64,000 nt of DNA from Hormiphora californensis (lineage: Eukaryota > Animalia > Ctenophora): positions 8,494,001 to 8,558,000 of the forward strand of contig CM035354.1 of NCBI GenBank assembly GCA_020137815.1. Reading direction: 5' to 3'. A program made the translations under genes and the position numbers. Numbering within the stretch: the first letter of the stretch is position 1; the number at the start of each line of letters is the position of its first letter. Positions 23,826 to 36,996 of this stretch are shown here, one piece after another. The notes under the pieces were generated by a model. The model was given only the letters and a program-made list of their open reading frames with translations. It did not search any database and was not told the DNA's origin.

Positions 23826-26800
23826 ACACATGTACTTCCTTACAGCACGTAGTGTTGGGTGTTGGAGGTGCTCGACAACTCTGGGACGAAGACTACTCCG
23901 TAGCACCCGCTATACAGTTACCGGAACCAAAAACAAGGGCCGCAAAACAGCGGTTAAATCAAAGCGGTGGTGGACCTACTGCCCCTATTCTTGCACTGGT
24001 AAGAACACCTCTTAGCCGTATTAAGTATTATACAAACATCCTTTAACATATCAATTAGGCCAACACCCTAGGTGGGTTGCAGCTGATAGCTGCTGTGTTC
24101 CTCACGTTTTCCGGAGTTGTATCAGACATTCAGATACATCTCCGGAAAACGTGAGGAACACAGCAGCTATCAGCTGCAACCCACCTTCATCCACCACGGA
24201 CGGTGCCCCCAGCCCACTTGGACTGGCTCAACCCCAACACCCTACTTTCAGCCGGAGCTCAAGTCCGATGAAGAGGAGGACGACGACCAGGATTATACTC
24301 CACATGATACCGAATCAAGTGACGATAGGTTAGACAGCTACAACTAATCTTAACACCGGCTAACTCTCCTATCCACATAGTGACCGAGATACCGAGGCGC
24401 CCCAGTCTGTCAAGAGCTGTACCCAAGAACACGCTTCTCTGAGGATGAGAATCTCTGAGTGCGAGAGTGACGGTCCACCATCGAATAGCGTGAGTGCAGT
24501 AGCGCGCGAAGTGCATCCATTGATGAAAGCTACTCTTAACGGCGCTCGTTCCACAGATCGGCCTGGCGAAGCGGACCCGATCTTTGTTCAGTCTACGTGA
24601 CCGGGAACTACCAGAACTGGAGCAGGATCTCCCGGAGGAGGTTGGCAATATCCCAGAGGATGACGACTCCGTGTGGGGCGATTGGAAGGTAGGTGTCATG
24701 TGGAGAGGGTCATAACAAAGGTTGTATAATCAATAAACCCGGGTTTATATGTAGCTACACCATATACTGCCCGACCTGCGAAGCAGGGAGGGTGGTATAC
24801 AGTATAAAACCCGACCAAAGGGAGGGGTTTATCCTTTTTATAAGCAAGGATTTATTGATTATAAGTTTTAGTGGCAAAAACATCCATGCGTTTTATAGCG
24901 GGGGGTATATCAGACAAATTTTCACCCGCTGATAAATATATAACATAGACTTCTTAAGGATATTGAAAAGGAGCTGGGGGCGGAGTTTGACAACGCAACT
25001 GCGGAGGAGGATGAGGAGGAGGATGAAGAGGAGGATGAAGGAAAACAAGAAGAATCTGAGGAAGAGAATGCCGCTGCTGATGACAGTACATTCGGACAAT
25101 TCCTCCAGGGCATTTCAAACCCCAAGGAAGAGTTCCCTGAAGAAGGAGAAGAGGAAGGTGATGTGCCATATAAATACAAGGAACCCTCCAGACAAGAAGC
25201 AGAGGAATTCAGAACAGACAAAGAAGTTGTCGTCACAAAACGCGAAATGGACGATCTTCTAAGGGATTTGGACAAGTCACACCCTGCGCTCAAGGTCCAA
25301 GTAAACTGCAAACGCCTTCCTCGCCACAAACCTAATATGAACACAGGAGAAGGAATGAGGTAGGCTTCAATTTCTCTTCCTTGGCATATCTTTATCTTTA
25401 TTAATTTTTTAGGTTCACGGATGCCCCTGAAGCACCTCATGAGGTATTTGAAGTCTTTGTTGACAGCGGTCCTCTGTTTAAGCCTGAGGCTATGAAAATT
25501 TTTGAAGAGCAGATGAGAATGCATTTACAGCTTCTCGTGCAGCACTGCATTCTAGCTAAGGGATGGCCCGAATTGGAGAATACTACTGGCAAACAAGCAC
25601 GCAGCTTAATTGTGAGTTTAAACGATTAGTTTGAATTGTTTTTGCTGAAAGAGATTGATTTTAGAATGTTCCTTTCTTGTAGAAGGAACTGGGGGATAAC
25701 CAAAAGCAGTGGACCTGTCTGTCAAATAAATTGGACGAGAAAAACGGGTTGTTTAACCCTTACAAGAATCTAGACATAAGTGCGGCTTTGGTACTGAGTG
25801 CGGGAGAGAAAGTTACCAAGGATGTTATGCCCCTCAAGTCACTTCCTCGTTCGATTCTCCGAGGTAAGAAAATTTATTAGAACAGAGTCGGACTTTTTAA
25901 TTGGCTTTTAAGGTGTTCAAAATGAGCAAAAAACGGTAAAAAGCCCGATTTTAAGTTTTTAAATTTTCCTACCCATTTCAGTTTTTGAAGTTTTGAAAAT
26001 CGCTTCAAAAACTTCAGCCCCCCCCCCCAAATACTCGTCTCCTCACACCCTCTCTCTAGACACATTTGAGGCACAATTCTTAAAAGGAATCATTTTTCAG
26101 AGATAAAATATCTAAGGTATCTACAACCCCTTCCTCCGGATAAATATTTGTTGATGAATAACCAGCCCTTCTTTCATTTCTTCTACCATATTCGTCCCGC
26201 TGTGGATTTCTCACTGAAGAAGATGGGCAGGAGATGCTTTACCGAGACAGAGGACAACCTGCTAGCCCATGGCCTGGACACCTTTCAGCATCTGGACGAT
26301 CAAAGGACGGTCTACAATCTGATACACGAGCACTTCTTACCTACACGATCAGCTAAACAAATCATGAACCGAGTTAAAAACAACACTTCAAAGGGCGCCC
26401 CTCGAAATGTCGTTAAGCAGTGGAAAGAAACAAGGCAGATAAGATATGACACCAATCTAGCCGTAGTAAAAGTGATGAAGGCACTATCTGTTACAGATCC
26501 CAATTCCTATCAGCCCATCGCTTTGAAGCTTCATAATCTCGACTGGCTGATGGCGCTCAGAGAACAAAAGCGGAAGTTGAAGAGAGAACTGTCTACCCAC
26601 AAGATGAAGTGCTCTAAGTCAGAAATATTGAAAGTTACTGAACTATCCACTGAAGACCCCTCTCATAGTCATGAGATGTCTTTTTTGATTAAAGCTAAAA
26701 TGGTTTTAAAAAATGACATTCCAACCTATTTTAATGTATTCAAACTCCTTGCTGAGTACGATGAGCAGAAGGATTTTGATTGCGGGGAAGTGATACAGAA

Positions 26801-27829
26801 AATGCTACGTGCTTTAAAAGACTATCCTGAGCTAACATTTGAGTTCCTCTCTATATTCTCACCGCTCCCCGATCTTCCACTGAATCAGCTTCAGGAGACC
26901 CTCAACCACGTAAAATCAAGGCTACTGCTAAGAAATCTGGAGCAGCACTTCAAGCAAAGTAGGTAACCAACCATGTATAAGAACCCTATAAATAGTTTAG
27001 AGAGATCACAATTTCTACCCCTCAGCACCTATGCAGTATCGAAAAGTTCTTAAGATGATTCTGGGTGCAGACATGACAAGGCCAGATGCAACACGCGATG
27101 CACTTTTGTCGTTGCTCCGGGGAAAATCCGACCTTTGTCACCAGGTAGTTATTATTTCAGTCAAACCTTGATTTACCGCACTCTTGATTTACCGTAATCT
27201 CGTATTTGTGGATAAGTTCCCCCTAACATTTAGCATTTTATGTGGAATAAAACCCTTTTTACCGTGCACCTCGATATACCGTGCTTTTGTCCTTCCCCCA
27301 ACAAGTCTGGCAAGTCGAGGCTGCCTGTATTGTATTCGGGGCCTGGCAAGGCCTCCAACCCGAAAATAATCCAGTCGCAACCAGTGATACTTTCTAGGTG
27401 GCAGATTTTTTTGACCGTCTTATGGTGCGACCAGAAGCTCACGAGTTTGAGTTTATTGATATGACATCAGCAGAAGCCCTTCCTACGGATGGATTTGAAG
27501 AAGTATCCTTCCTAGATAAAGCGGTGGGTTTGCCAATAATTATTATTATATGCCAAAAGTTATCTATAATTATTTGGATATTTAGTTTTTGATTCAGTAT
27601 ATTTATGTACAAATTGTATATGTATAAATTAAGCCAAAAGCTAATTGAAATTAGTTGGCGGGAAAGGTGACCCACTTACACCTTTTGCTACTGCCGGGTA
27701 TCACCACGAACTCTCATTCTATCCCTCGGTATCTCAATCTCTTATTTTTCGAGGGTAACTTATTCCTGTTCGTTCTATCCCTCTCTCTCCTCCCTGTCTC
27801 CCTGTCCCTGTCTCTCTCTCTCGCTCTCT

Positions 27830-27879
<50 letters not shown>

Positions 27880-30800
27880 ATCACTCTCTCTTTCACTATC
27901 TTATTCCATTATATTCACCTGTTATATCCCTGATCCCGGCAGCAGGCAAAGGTGTAAGTGGGTCACCTTTCCCGCCAACTAATTTCAATTAGCTTTTGGC
28001 TTAATTTAGGTCCCTTTTTGGTTTCTAATCGCAGCATGACATTATTTCATGATGTAATATTGTCGAAATGATGCGTTATATGAGAAACGAGACGAATTTC
28101 TGTGAAAATCGTATTTTAGACGTCATAATGACGTCATTTGACGTAATTAGTGACGTCGTATCGACGTAATTGCATGACGATATTTTTTTAATCAGTACCC
28201 CAGAGGAGCTTGTAAAGTTTCATTCACCAAAGTGGTCAGGAAAGGGAGTTTTTGCTCGAAAAACGTTCAATTTGCTGAATTTTTCGTCAAATTTTTGACT
28301 TCCGGCGCGATTTAAGGGCTCAAAATGATAAGCTAAGAAAATTCGCAATGTAGTATCTGAAAGTTCAGACAATTTGCCGGTAACGATTTTCCGTCAAATC
28401 AGAAATCGGAATACGTCTCCAGGGTGCTAGAGGCGTTTGAAAAAAGTTAGTCGGCCTCACGCAATGACGTCACTCGTGACGGGGGGGGGGGGTCTCATGT
28501 TGGTTGTTGGTAGTATGGACGTTTTTGTGGCACCAACAAACAAAACAAACATAACAAAAATTTTGTTTGTTGGTTTTGTTTGTTTGTTTGTTTGTTGGTT
28601 TTGTTGGTTTTGTTTATTTATTTTGTTGGTTTTGTTTGTTGGTTTTGTTGATTTTGTTAGTTTGTTTTTTTTGTTAATTTTGTTGGTTTTATAGACTTTT
28701 TTTGGTGAATTTTGATGGTTTTGTTTGTTGCCTTAGTTGTTTTGTTTATGACTAACAATAAACTATTATAACAAACAAAGAACGAACAAATCACGATACA
28801 ACTAACAAATCTCAACAAACCAACAAATCTCAACAAAACAACAAATCTCAACAAAACAACAAATCTCAACAAAACAACAAATCTCAACAAACCAACAAAT
28901 ATCAACACAACCAACAAATCTCAACAAACTACAAATCTCAACAAAACAACAAGTCTCAACAAAACAACAAATCTCAACAAAACAACAAGTCTCAACAAAA
29001 CAACAGATCTCAACAAAACAAAAAAAATCTCAACAAAACAAAAAAATCTCAACAAACCAACAAATCTCAACAAAACAAAAAATCTCAACAAACTAACAAA
29101 TATCAACACAACCAACAAATCTCAACAAAATAACACATCTCAACAAACTAACAAATCTCAACAGTCAACAAACCAACGAATCTCAACAAAATAACACATC
29201 TCAACAAAATAACAAATCTCAACAAAACAACAAATCTCAACAAACCAACAAATCTCAACAAAACAACAAATCTCAACAAAACAACAAATCTCAACAAACC
29301 AACAAATCTCAAAAAAACAAACACATCTCAACATGAAGTTTTGTCGAGATTTGTTGTTTTGTTGAGATTTGTTGTTTTGTTGAGATTTGTTGGTTTTTTG
29401 AAATTTGTTGTTTTGTTGAGGTGTGTTGTTTTGTTGAGTTGAGGTTTGTTGTTTTGTTGAGTTGTTGGTTTGTTGAGACTTGTTGTTTTGTTGAGATTTG
29501 TTGTTTTGCTGAGATTTGTTGTTTTGTTGGGATTTGATGGGATTTGTTGTTTTGTTGAGACTTGTTAGTTTGTTGAGATTTGTTGTTTTGTTGAGATTTG
29601 TTGGTTTGTTGAGATTTGTTGTTTTGTTGAGATTTGTTGTTTTGTTGAGATTTGTTAGTTTGTTGAGATTTGTTGTTTTGTTGAGATTTGTTGAGATCTG
29701 TTGTTTTGTTGAGATTTGCTAGTTTGTTGAAATTTGTTGTTTTGTTGAGATTTGTTGTTTTTTTAAGATTTGTTGTTTTCTTGAGATTTGTTAGTATCCC
29801 AGTAAGTTGTCAGTTGTACCAACATTAAGTGTAACTAACAAACTATTTTGTTAGTTTTGTTGGGTTTGTTATTACCAACAAAACTAACAAAACCAACAAA
29901 CAAAACTAACAAAATATATTGTTAGTTTTGTTATTTTTGTTAGTAATAACAAAACCAACAAAGCTAACAAACAAAACTAACAAAACTAACGTTTGTTGGT
30001 TTTGTTGGTTTTGTTGGTTTTGTTGGTGTTTGTTGGTAGTATACCTATGTGCGGTTTGTTAGTACATAATTCGCGTACCAACAAAAACAACAAAACTAAC
30101 AAAACCAACATGAGACCCCCCCCCCCTCGTGACGTCATTGCGCGCGTCATAGGTAAGATGGAGAGTCGCCACCTAGATGGGTACATGCACGAGACAATTG
30201 TCTGTCGAATGCCGCTTGGTTTAAGGTCGTACGATGTCTGGTTCGTCTCAAACTGGGACAAAACGGAAGGTAATAAAGCGTCTATCCATGTATGTATGTA
30301 TCAACCTAGTTATCCCCACACTGAATTTTCTGTTTTGGGGGTGGTGTTATAACTTTTGAACAAAAAATGCTAGCCACTTGAAATTTTTACCATCGATAGA
30401 GGTCTACAAGAAGCTTCTAAGTACAAAATTTCAGCTTCCTAGCTCTTCCGGTTCGGGAGTTATGACATGTCAAAAATTGCCAAAATGGGCTAAAAGTATG
30501 AAATAACTATATATACGCTGTGAGCAAGCGGGCCGTTTTTGGGGGAATTTTTTTTCGGGGGATGGATAGGGTCACCTTTGCGCTTGCCAGCGCAGTGATT
30601 TCCTTGGAAGCTAAGCTACCCCTTCCTCTCAGTCTCCAGTGCTTTGCGACAGAGCCCTTGCTCTGCCGAGGGGTATTTGTAATTGGGGAGTGTTTTTTAC
30701 GGTTTGAGCGATTGAGCGTGATGATAGGGCGTTGACGTTATCATGGTTATCATGGTTATAGGTCGGATAAAATAAATGATAACTTCGTGGGACTACAAGT

Positions 30801-33760
30801 TGAAAAAATGACAATTACACTTCCCAAGTTATATAATAGCAATCGCTGATTACACGTCATAAAAATTAAACATATATGGCATGTGTGGATTCTAGAAATA
30901 CATTGCAATGTCCATTGTCCATCTTATAAGAACTGCAGTTGTTACCATTACAACTAAAACCTGTTGTTAACTAAGAAACAGGGGGGTCATTTCGACCTTG
31001 GCTCAAACGTGCATATCTCCGGTTCCTATAGAGACTTGAAATTTAGAGGTTAGAAAGAACTTGGCATGATCTTCATAACCTGCAAATATCAATTTTGTAC
31101 CTTATTATAGGAACCGGAGATATGTGCGTTTCACATAAGGTCCCTGTCCCTTGATTAAAAAGTCCGACTCAAGGTCAAAACTCAAAGTTCATTCATTTAA
31201 GTTTTGGTAGTTCATTCCACTCATTCAGGAACCAACAACCCTAAAGTGATGGAAAAGTGTTGGATTTTGTTTGGCCAATATCCTGCAATGACAGAGAGGT
31301 GTAGTAACGTGTTTCCGGGCTAGTTAGTGGGTGTCCATGTGATCTTGGTGATACCTGACACCTTTACTGAGCAATAATCAAGGGATTTTCTCGAATTCAA
31401 GCATGTGATTCGGGTCTACTGCGATTGGTATCGTGCAGCAATCTTGAGAGATCACATAGCACCTCAAAAATGATGATAAGTTCAATAAATTGAGTTGATT
31501 TACTATTAATAAGATTAAAACCGATGCCACATTGAACTCAACGACCATTTTCGATCATAAATCAATTCATTTCATTGAACTAACCATCATTTTCGAGGGG
31601 CTATGAGATCTCTTAACATTGCTGCACGATACCAATCACAGAAAACCCAAATCACATGCTTGAATTCGTGAAAATCCCTTGATTATTGCTCAGTGAAGGT
31701 GTCAGGTATCACCAAGATCACATGGACACCCACTAACTAGCCCGGAAACACGTTACTACACCTCTCTGTCATTGCAGGACATTGGCCAAACAAAATCCAA
31801 CACTTTTCCATCACTTTAGGGTTGTTGGTTCCTGAATGAGTGGAATGAACTACCAAAACTTAAAAATGAACTTTGAGTTTTGACCTTGATTTTTCTTGTG
31901 AGCAAAGATCTTTGCTTATCCAATGTTCACCCAAAGTTTCAAAAAGATTGAAGGTAAGGTAGCGGTGATACAGCCGATTGAAAGTCGCAAAAAGAGCCAA
32001 AATCATGCATGTTCATTTTCTCAACTGTCATGTGACCTGGTGCTTCAATTTGAGTTTTATGGTGCTCAATGGAAAGATAATTGCGAGCCAAAGAAAAGTT
32101 ACTTACTCAAGGTAAACAATATTTCAGAATTCATGAATGAACGGCAACAATGTTCATTCATGAAAAATGAACTTTTGAAATTTAATTTTAAAACAAAGCC
32201 ATCAGTTAGGAAGGAATTAATCCAGCACACTCCCGCAGTTTGTTTTCACACAACTATCACCGTTTTTGCGTGACAGCTCGCCAACCGACCCGGAGAATAT
32301 ATGGGACACCCTGTAGGGACATCTAGCCAATGGTTGACTTCAATTGCGTTTTTCGCTTCCCAATGTTTAACCTCCCCCATTGTCTACAACAGCCCCAGTC
32401 GGTGCAGAAACATAATGAGATGGTCCGAAAAATAAACGAGTTCCACGATAGCAAGCGAAAGGAAGAGAAAGAACGGGTTGAAAGGGAAGAAGAAGAGCGG
32501 CGAAAGAAGAAAATTGAATCAGGACGTAAGTCTATCTGGGACTTGTACCGGGTTTAGGAAAATCCAGTTGGGGCTGGCAACGGGTTTAGAGCCGGGACTA
32601 TAATAGTACTGGGTTTCGGTAAGCCTAGCTGGGATTTGTAAACTTTCAAAGTGCTGGGCGACCGGGGATGAAATTCCGGCCACTAGGTCAGAGCATTGGC
32701 CTGACAGTCCAGGCCGGTCCCCAATTTACCGGGAGGATTATCTCCCTCCCCCCTGATATAATAGGAAACTATCGGGTTTATACCGGGGTAACCAAATACG
32801 TGTCGACTTCCCCCAGTGAGCCAAGTTACCAATTACATACAAAATGGGACCTTCCAGGAATGTACGCGAACAACGTCGTCGAATGTGGTGATAAGACGCT
32901 TTTGTGGACCCGAGATGAAGACAGGGCTATTCTGAAAGCTTGCCGAAAGAAGGGACCTCGCACAAAAGTTATCAAAAACCTTGTAAAAGCGTTTGAAGAA
33001 AAAACGGAGAGTCAGGTAATCATTGATCATAACACATGCATCAGACATCAGTAATATACATTGAAATGAACGTCGAAGTGGCTGTTGATTCAGCTTCTTG
33101 CTGGGAAACTGGAGCAGTGCTCCTAGTTTGACTACATAACTGTATTTATTCCTCTTTCTAACTTCTCTAATGCTTGATATGGTTGCCGATGACTGATGAT
33201 GTTAGGGTAGCTCTTGAGCTGCGTGTGCAAAAGTTCATAGTGACTTGATTGCAGCTTGTGACCCCCTCCCCCTAGAGTACGGCTTAGGATGGCTGCACCC
33301 CTAGACCCCGCATTTAGGATGGACCGCTAATAGTACTAATACAGTCGGACCCCGATTTAGGGACACCCTCGGGGGAAAGGCTCTTGTCCACTAAATCGGG
33401 GTGTCCACTAAATCGGGGTCAAATAATGCTAATTTTCGTATATCGGGGGGAAAATCCTGTCCCTAAATCGAGGTGCCCCTAAATCGGGGGCCCCTAAATC
33501 GGGGTCCGACTGTATCTACTCCGTGCACGGCCGTGTCCATATTTAATTTTTCCTCTCCTCAGATAAAGGATAGATATGAAGAACTAATACGGCTCATGAA
33601 GAAAGCTGAGTGTGCTGCCAAACAGGCAGCGTACAGAGAGAAGGTAAAACAGCAGGTAGCAGCAGCAGCATCAGCGGACTCTTCTCATCAACCTGCCAAA
33701 AGATCCAGAGTAGAACCTCCAAAAAGAGATCCCAATAAAGCAGGACCTTCCAAGTTTTAG
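23217..33760 (+). CDS. GON4L: GON-4-like transcriptional corepressor (GON4L/YY1AP/Mute family), multi-exon
   Basis: Motifs across GT-AG exons: NLTGTNIRNILY, LAKRTRSLFSLRDRELPELE, EEFRTDKEVVVTKREMDDLL, MRMHLQLLVQ, Myb-like FTETEDNLLAHGL...IMNRVKN, PAH-like FLIKAKMVL...EFLSIF, and C-terminal SANT LLWTRDEDRAILKAC...QIKDRYEELI. Internal exon boundaries are only partly resolved. Confidence 0.88.
24071..24185. repeat. Intronic ~55-bp-stem hairpin
   Basis: ggtgggttgcagctgatagctgctgtgttcctcacgttttccggag / ctccggaaaacgtgaggaacacagcagctatcagctgcaacccacc. Confidence 0.85.
27626..30599 (+). mobile_element. Helentron-associated non-autonomous element (HINE/DINE-1-like, family A)
   Basis: 5' inverted repeat (27626-28008) containing the subTIR AAAGGTGACCC around a (CT)n loop. 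A TATG microsatellite lies at ~30290. The 3' subTIR GGGTCACCTTT is followed by stem-loop TGCGCT-TGCC-AGCGCA and GTGATT. Confidence 0.72.
28482..30125. mobile_element. Mutator/Foldback-like element with 18-bp tandem arrays and 9-bp TSD
   Basis: G-run-GTCTCATGTTGG / CCAACATGAGAC-C-run termini. CTCGTGACG is duplicated at 28473-28481 and 30126-30134. Inverted arrays of CTCAACAAAACAACAAAT. Confidence 0.8.
31169..31889. repeat. ~350-bp-arm foldback palindrome, possibly inside a Tc1/mariner-like MITE (~30978-32314)
   Basis: tcaaggtcaaaactcaaagttc... is mirrored by ...gaactttgagttttgaccttga. An outer end, gggacaccctgta, is at ~32314. Confidence 0.85.
33342..33512. mobile_element. Tc1/pogo-type MITE (TA TSD)
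   Basis: TA|CAGTCGGACCCCGATTTA ... TAAATCGGGGTCCGACTG|TA; same TIR as 58285-59273. Confidence 0.88.
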
Positions 33761-33956
33761 AAATTTCCACCCCGTTTCTTTACAAAACTCACTGGCATTA
33801 AACTGCGAGGATTTTTCATTTACTTTTGTTAATAGTGATTGTATAAATAAAAATTATTTATTGTATTGGTTACAGTTGCTAAGCTTGTTTGTTCTTTCCT
33901 GCCACTCATCTATTACACGTGTAATTTTATACAACCCCCATTATTTACTAGGTACC

Positions 33957-35256
33957 ATGTGTTTGGGGGGAAGTGTTTTGTTCTCCGAATACTTCTTCCT
34001 TATCCTCTACGTGGTGACGGCCCCCGCCCTAACCCTGAGTTCTGGTTCAAATCTACTCATCCATCTCTATATCATCTATACAGGATACACCTTTCTTGGA
34101 GTTGCACTGTCCCCGGTCTCACCCTTTCTCCGTGAGGTAACGTTAATGTTACGATTCTAATTCCCGCGTATATCCAGTTGGGTATTTGGTAACGAAGTTA
34201 CCCCTCCCTTGCCGGCGCGCAAAGCGCACCAAACGAAGGCCGCGATGCGAGTGTGAGGTGTCTTCGATACCAAGTTGGGTATTACGGTTTTAATGATCAA
34301 CCTGCATTTTCAGGTAATACAGGTGTGTTTGTGTGGTATGATGCTGGTGTGTTACCCTATAAATGTGCTACCTGAGCCTATCCTCACCTTCCTGTCATCT
34401 CTCCTCCTTGTGGTTGCACCTCTTCTCTGCATTCTTGAGGCACCCCAACTGATCATCATCATAACTAACACGTCCAAGTAAGTTCAACCTGGGTTAGAAA
34501 CCCACTAATATAACCCTTACATACTAATTAACGTCCATTCCACCCATTTCTAAATCCAAGTTCCTTAGGTTTTTGGTGTCTACGATGGAAGTTAGAGACG
34601 AGGAAGATGATTGGCTGGTGATTAACTTTGTTAAGGGTCTAATACTCTCCATTTCTGGGCTGTCTATTGGACTATCCATCTACCTAAATTCTCTCCTTGA
34701 GTTGTCACCAGTTTTAAAACTCTTCCTTGTGTTCCTATCGGTTATGTTTATAATATTCAATATCTACAATGAGGAAGGGATTATATCTGATAGCTGCACC
34801 ATTGTCGCCCTCTCTTACATTCTCCTTACACTGGTCTGCACCCCGGTTAACCGAACTCTACCTCCCACGAAACTACCATGGGTCACAGACCAAGCACAAA
34901 CAATGTTAGGTGCTGTATTAAGGATACCTCAACTTGTCTCCTTCAGTGTGAGTTCTGCAGTCCCGTTTGCCAAAGAGCTTCTATCTCCACTTCCCCTGGC
35001 AATACTCGTGGTACGGGTGATATGTGTGGCTGCTTACTCGGACAAGCTTCTCTCGGATGATAGCTGGCTGCGTGGGATGGGCAAGTTTCTCGTTGTGACA
35101 CTCTATACCTCATACGTGCTGGGGGCAACAAATCAAACAGAGTGGATGGAGTCATTTAACAATGGATGTAGGATCATGGAAATCATTCTCTTGCCGGTTC
35201 TCTACATGTTTAGTTTATTAGGCGATTACGTACTTGAACAAGAAGGCTATACCTGA
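33957..35256 (+). CDS. Multi-pass membrane protein, possibly ICE2/SERINC-like; 3 exons
   Basis: Exons 33957-34136, 34314-34477 and 34569-35256 splice in frame and encode many hydrophobic helices. The motifs ILEAPQLIIII and EGIISDS recall ICE2/SERINC-type proteins; the family call is tentative. Confidence 0.65.
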
Positions 35257-35493
35257 ATTCTGAAACTAGTTAGCGCTATTTTAGATTTCAAAATACCGTG
35301 CAAATTTATTTGCCGGTTAAGGTACACTTTAAACATAAAATTAAAAGCATAAATTATATTTCAGTTTTTTCGGGACGTTTGTTAATGTTAGTGGTACTGG
35401 GTGTTCAGAATTCGAAATATGGCTGTCTGCCGGCTCTCTCTCTCTCTCTCTCTCTGTGTCTATAAATTATACTATAATGAAGATTTGTTTAGT

Positions 35494-35676
35494 ATGGATA
35501 GTGTTTCATGTGAGGAAATACAGATGGAATGTCCGAAATGTGGAACGTTTTCATCTTCGAATCACCAACAAATGATATGGCATCTAAAAACACACGCCAA
35601 TAATATGGCCCATCTTTATGAGTTAGAAGATTTGGTGTTGATTACACGTGACTTTCGAAGGCAAAGTTCTATCTAG
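35494..35676 (+). CDS. Possible C2H2 zinc-finger exon or small gene
   Basis: CPKCGTFSSSNHQQMIWHLKTH (C-x2-C-x13-H-x3-H) with the ATG just after a tttag acceptor; downstream exons are uncertain. Confidence 0.35.
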   Translation: MDSVSCEEIQMECPKCGTFSSSNHQQMIWHLKTHANNMAHLYELEDLVLITRDFRRQSSI

Positions 35677-35685
35677 ATGTTGCTA

Positions 35686-36296
35686 CTGTGTGATTTTAAA
35701 TGACTGAGACTGCTCTATCTCAAATTGTGTAAAAACTATGGCATCTTTCGACTTCAAATTTTGGGACACGATAAAACATAATTTCTCATTTATTCTCCCA
35801 GATTTTCAGAAAGTTTCCGTGTTCCTGAATGAATTTATTGCCATAAAACCTCCTCCAACTTTACACAGTCATATCTCTGGAGTCTAATGAGATAGAGAGT
35901 TCAGATTTTTAGGAGAGACAGATAAGACGATTTTGAATGTTTTGTCTGCTTTACGAGTTGATAACTTTTACCGTCTGTTCACAGGAACTGTTTAAAGTGA
36001 TGTAACACGCTCTAATTAGGCCAAATTTAGGTCATTTTACCCCTCAAAGATCACATGTCCAGCTGATTCTAGTGGGCTAATGAGGCCTCTTACACGAATT
36101 CGTCACGTGTTACTGCAAGGATACCGCTCTCCTTTTTCACCTTGACCAAGCAGACATGATCATGGTGTCTGGAAGTGGTAACAAGCTGTAGGATACCAGA
36201 CAGATGCTGCTCTCTACTTCAATCACTCTCTCGTTATAAGGTCACGTGACTGGAATTGGGATCTCGACATCAGACATGATCACATTGTCTACAAAG

Positions 36297-36373
<77 letters not shown>

Positions 36374-36986
36374 TGCTTTGTAGACATTGTGATCATGTCT
36401 GATGTCGAGATCCCAATTCCAGTCACGTGACCTTATAACGAGAGAGTGATTGAAGTAGAGAGCAGCATCTGTCTGGTATCCTACAGCTTGTTACCACTTC
36501 CAGACACCATGATCATGTCTGCTTGGTCAAGGTGAAAAAGGAGAGCGGTATCCTTGCAGTAACACGTGACGAATTCGTGTAAGAGGCCTCATTAGCCCAC
36601 TAGAATCAGCTGGACATGTGATCTTTGAGGGGTAAAATGACCTAAATTTGGCCTAATTAGAGCGTGTTACATCACTTTAAACAGTTCCTGTGAACAGACG
36701 GTAAAAGTTATCAACTCGTAAAGCAGACAAAACATTCAAAATCGTCTTATCTGTCTCTCCTAAAAATCTGAACTCTCTATCTCATTAGACTCCAGAGATA
36801 TGACTGTGTAAAGTTGGAGGAGGTTTTATGACAATAAATTCATTCAGGAACACGGAAACTTTCTGAAAATCTGGGAGAATAAATGAGAAATAATGTTTTA
36901 TCGTGTCCCAAAATTTGAAGTCGAAAGATGCCATAGTTTTTACACAATTTGAGATAGAGCAGTCTCAGTCATTTAAAATCACACAG
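35686..36986. mobile_element. TA-flanked giant foldback element: ~610-bp near-perfect arms around a (CT)n loop
   Basis: TA|CTGTGTGATTTTAAATGACTGAGAC ... GTCTCAGTCATTTAAAATCACACAG|TA, with only isolated mismatches visible between the arms. Confidence 0.9.
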
Positions 36987-36996
36987 TACATATTAC

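Noticed and set aside
24117-24251. 5' part of ORF 24117-24347 as a GON4L exon
   Set aside because: It overlaps an intronic hairpin and the phase is incompatible; the acceptor at 24250-24251 fits instead.
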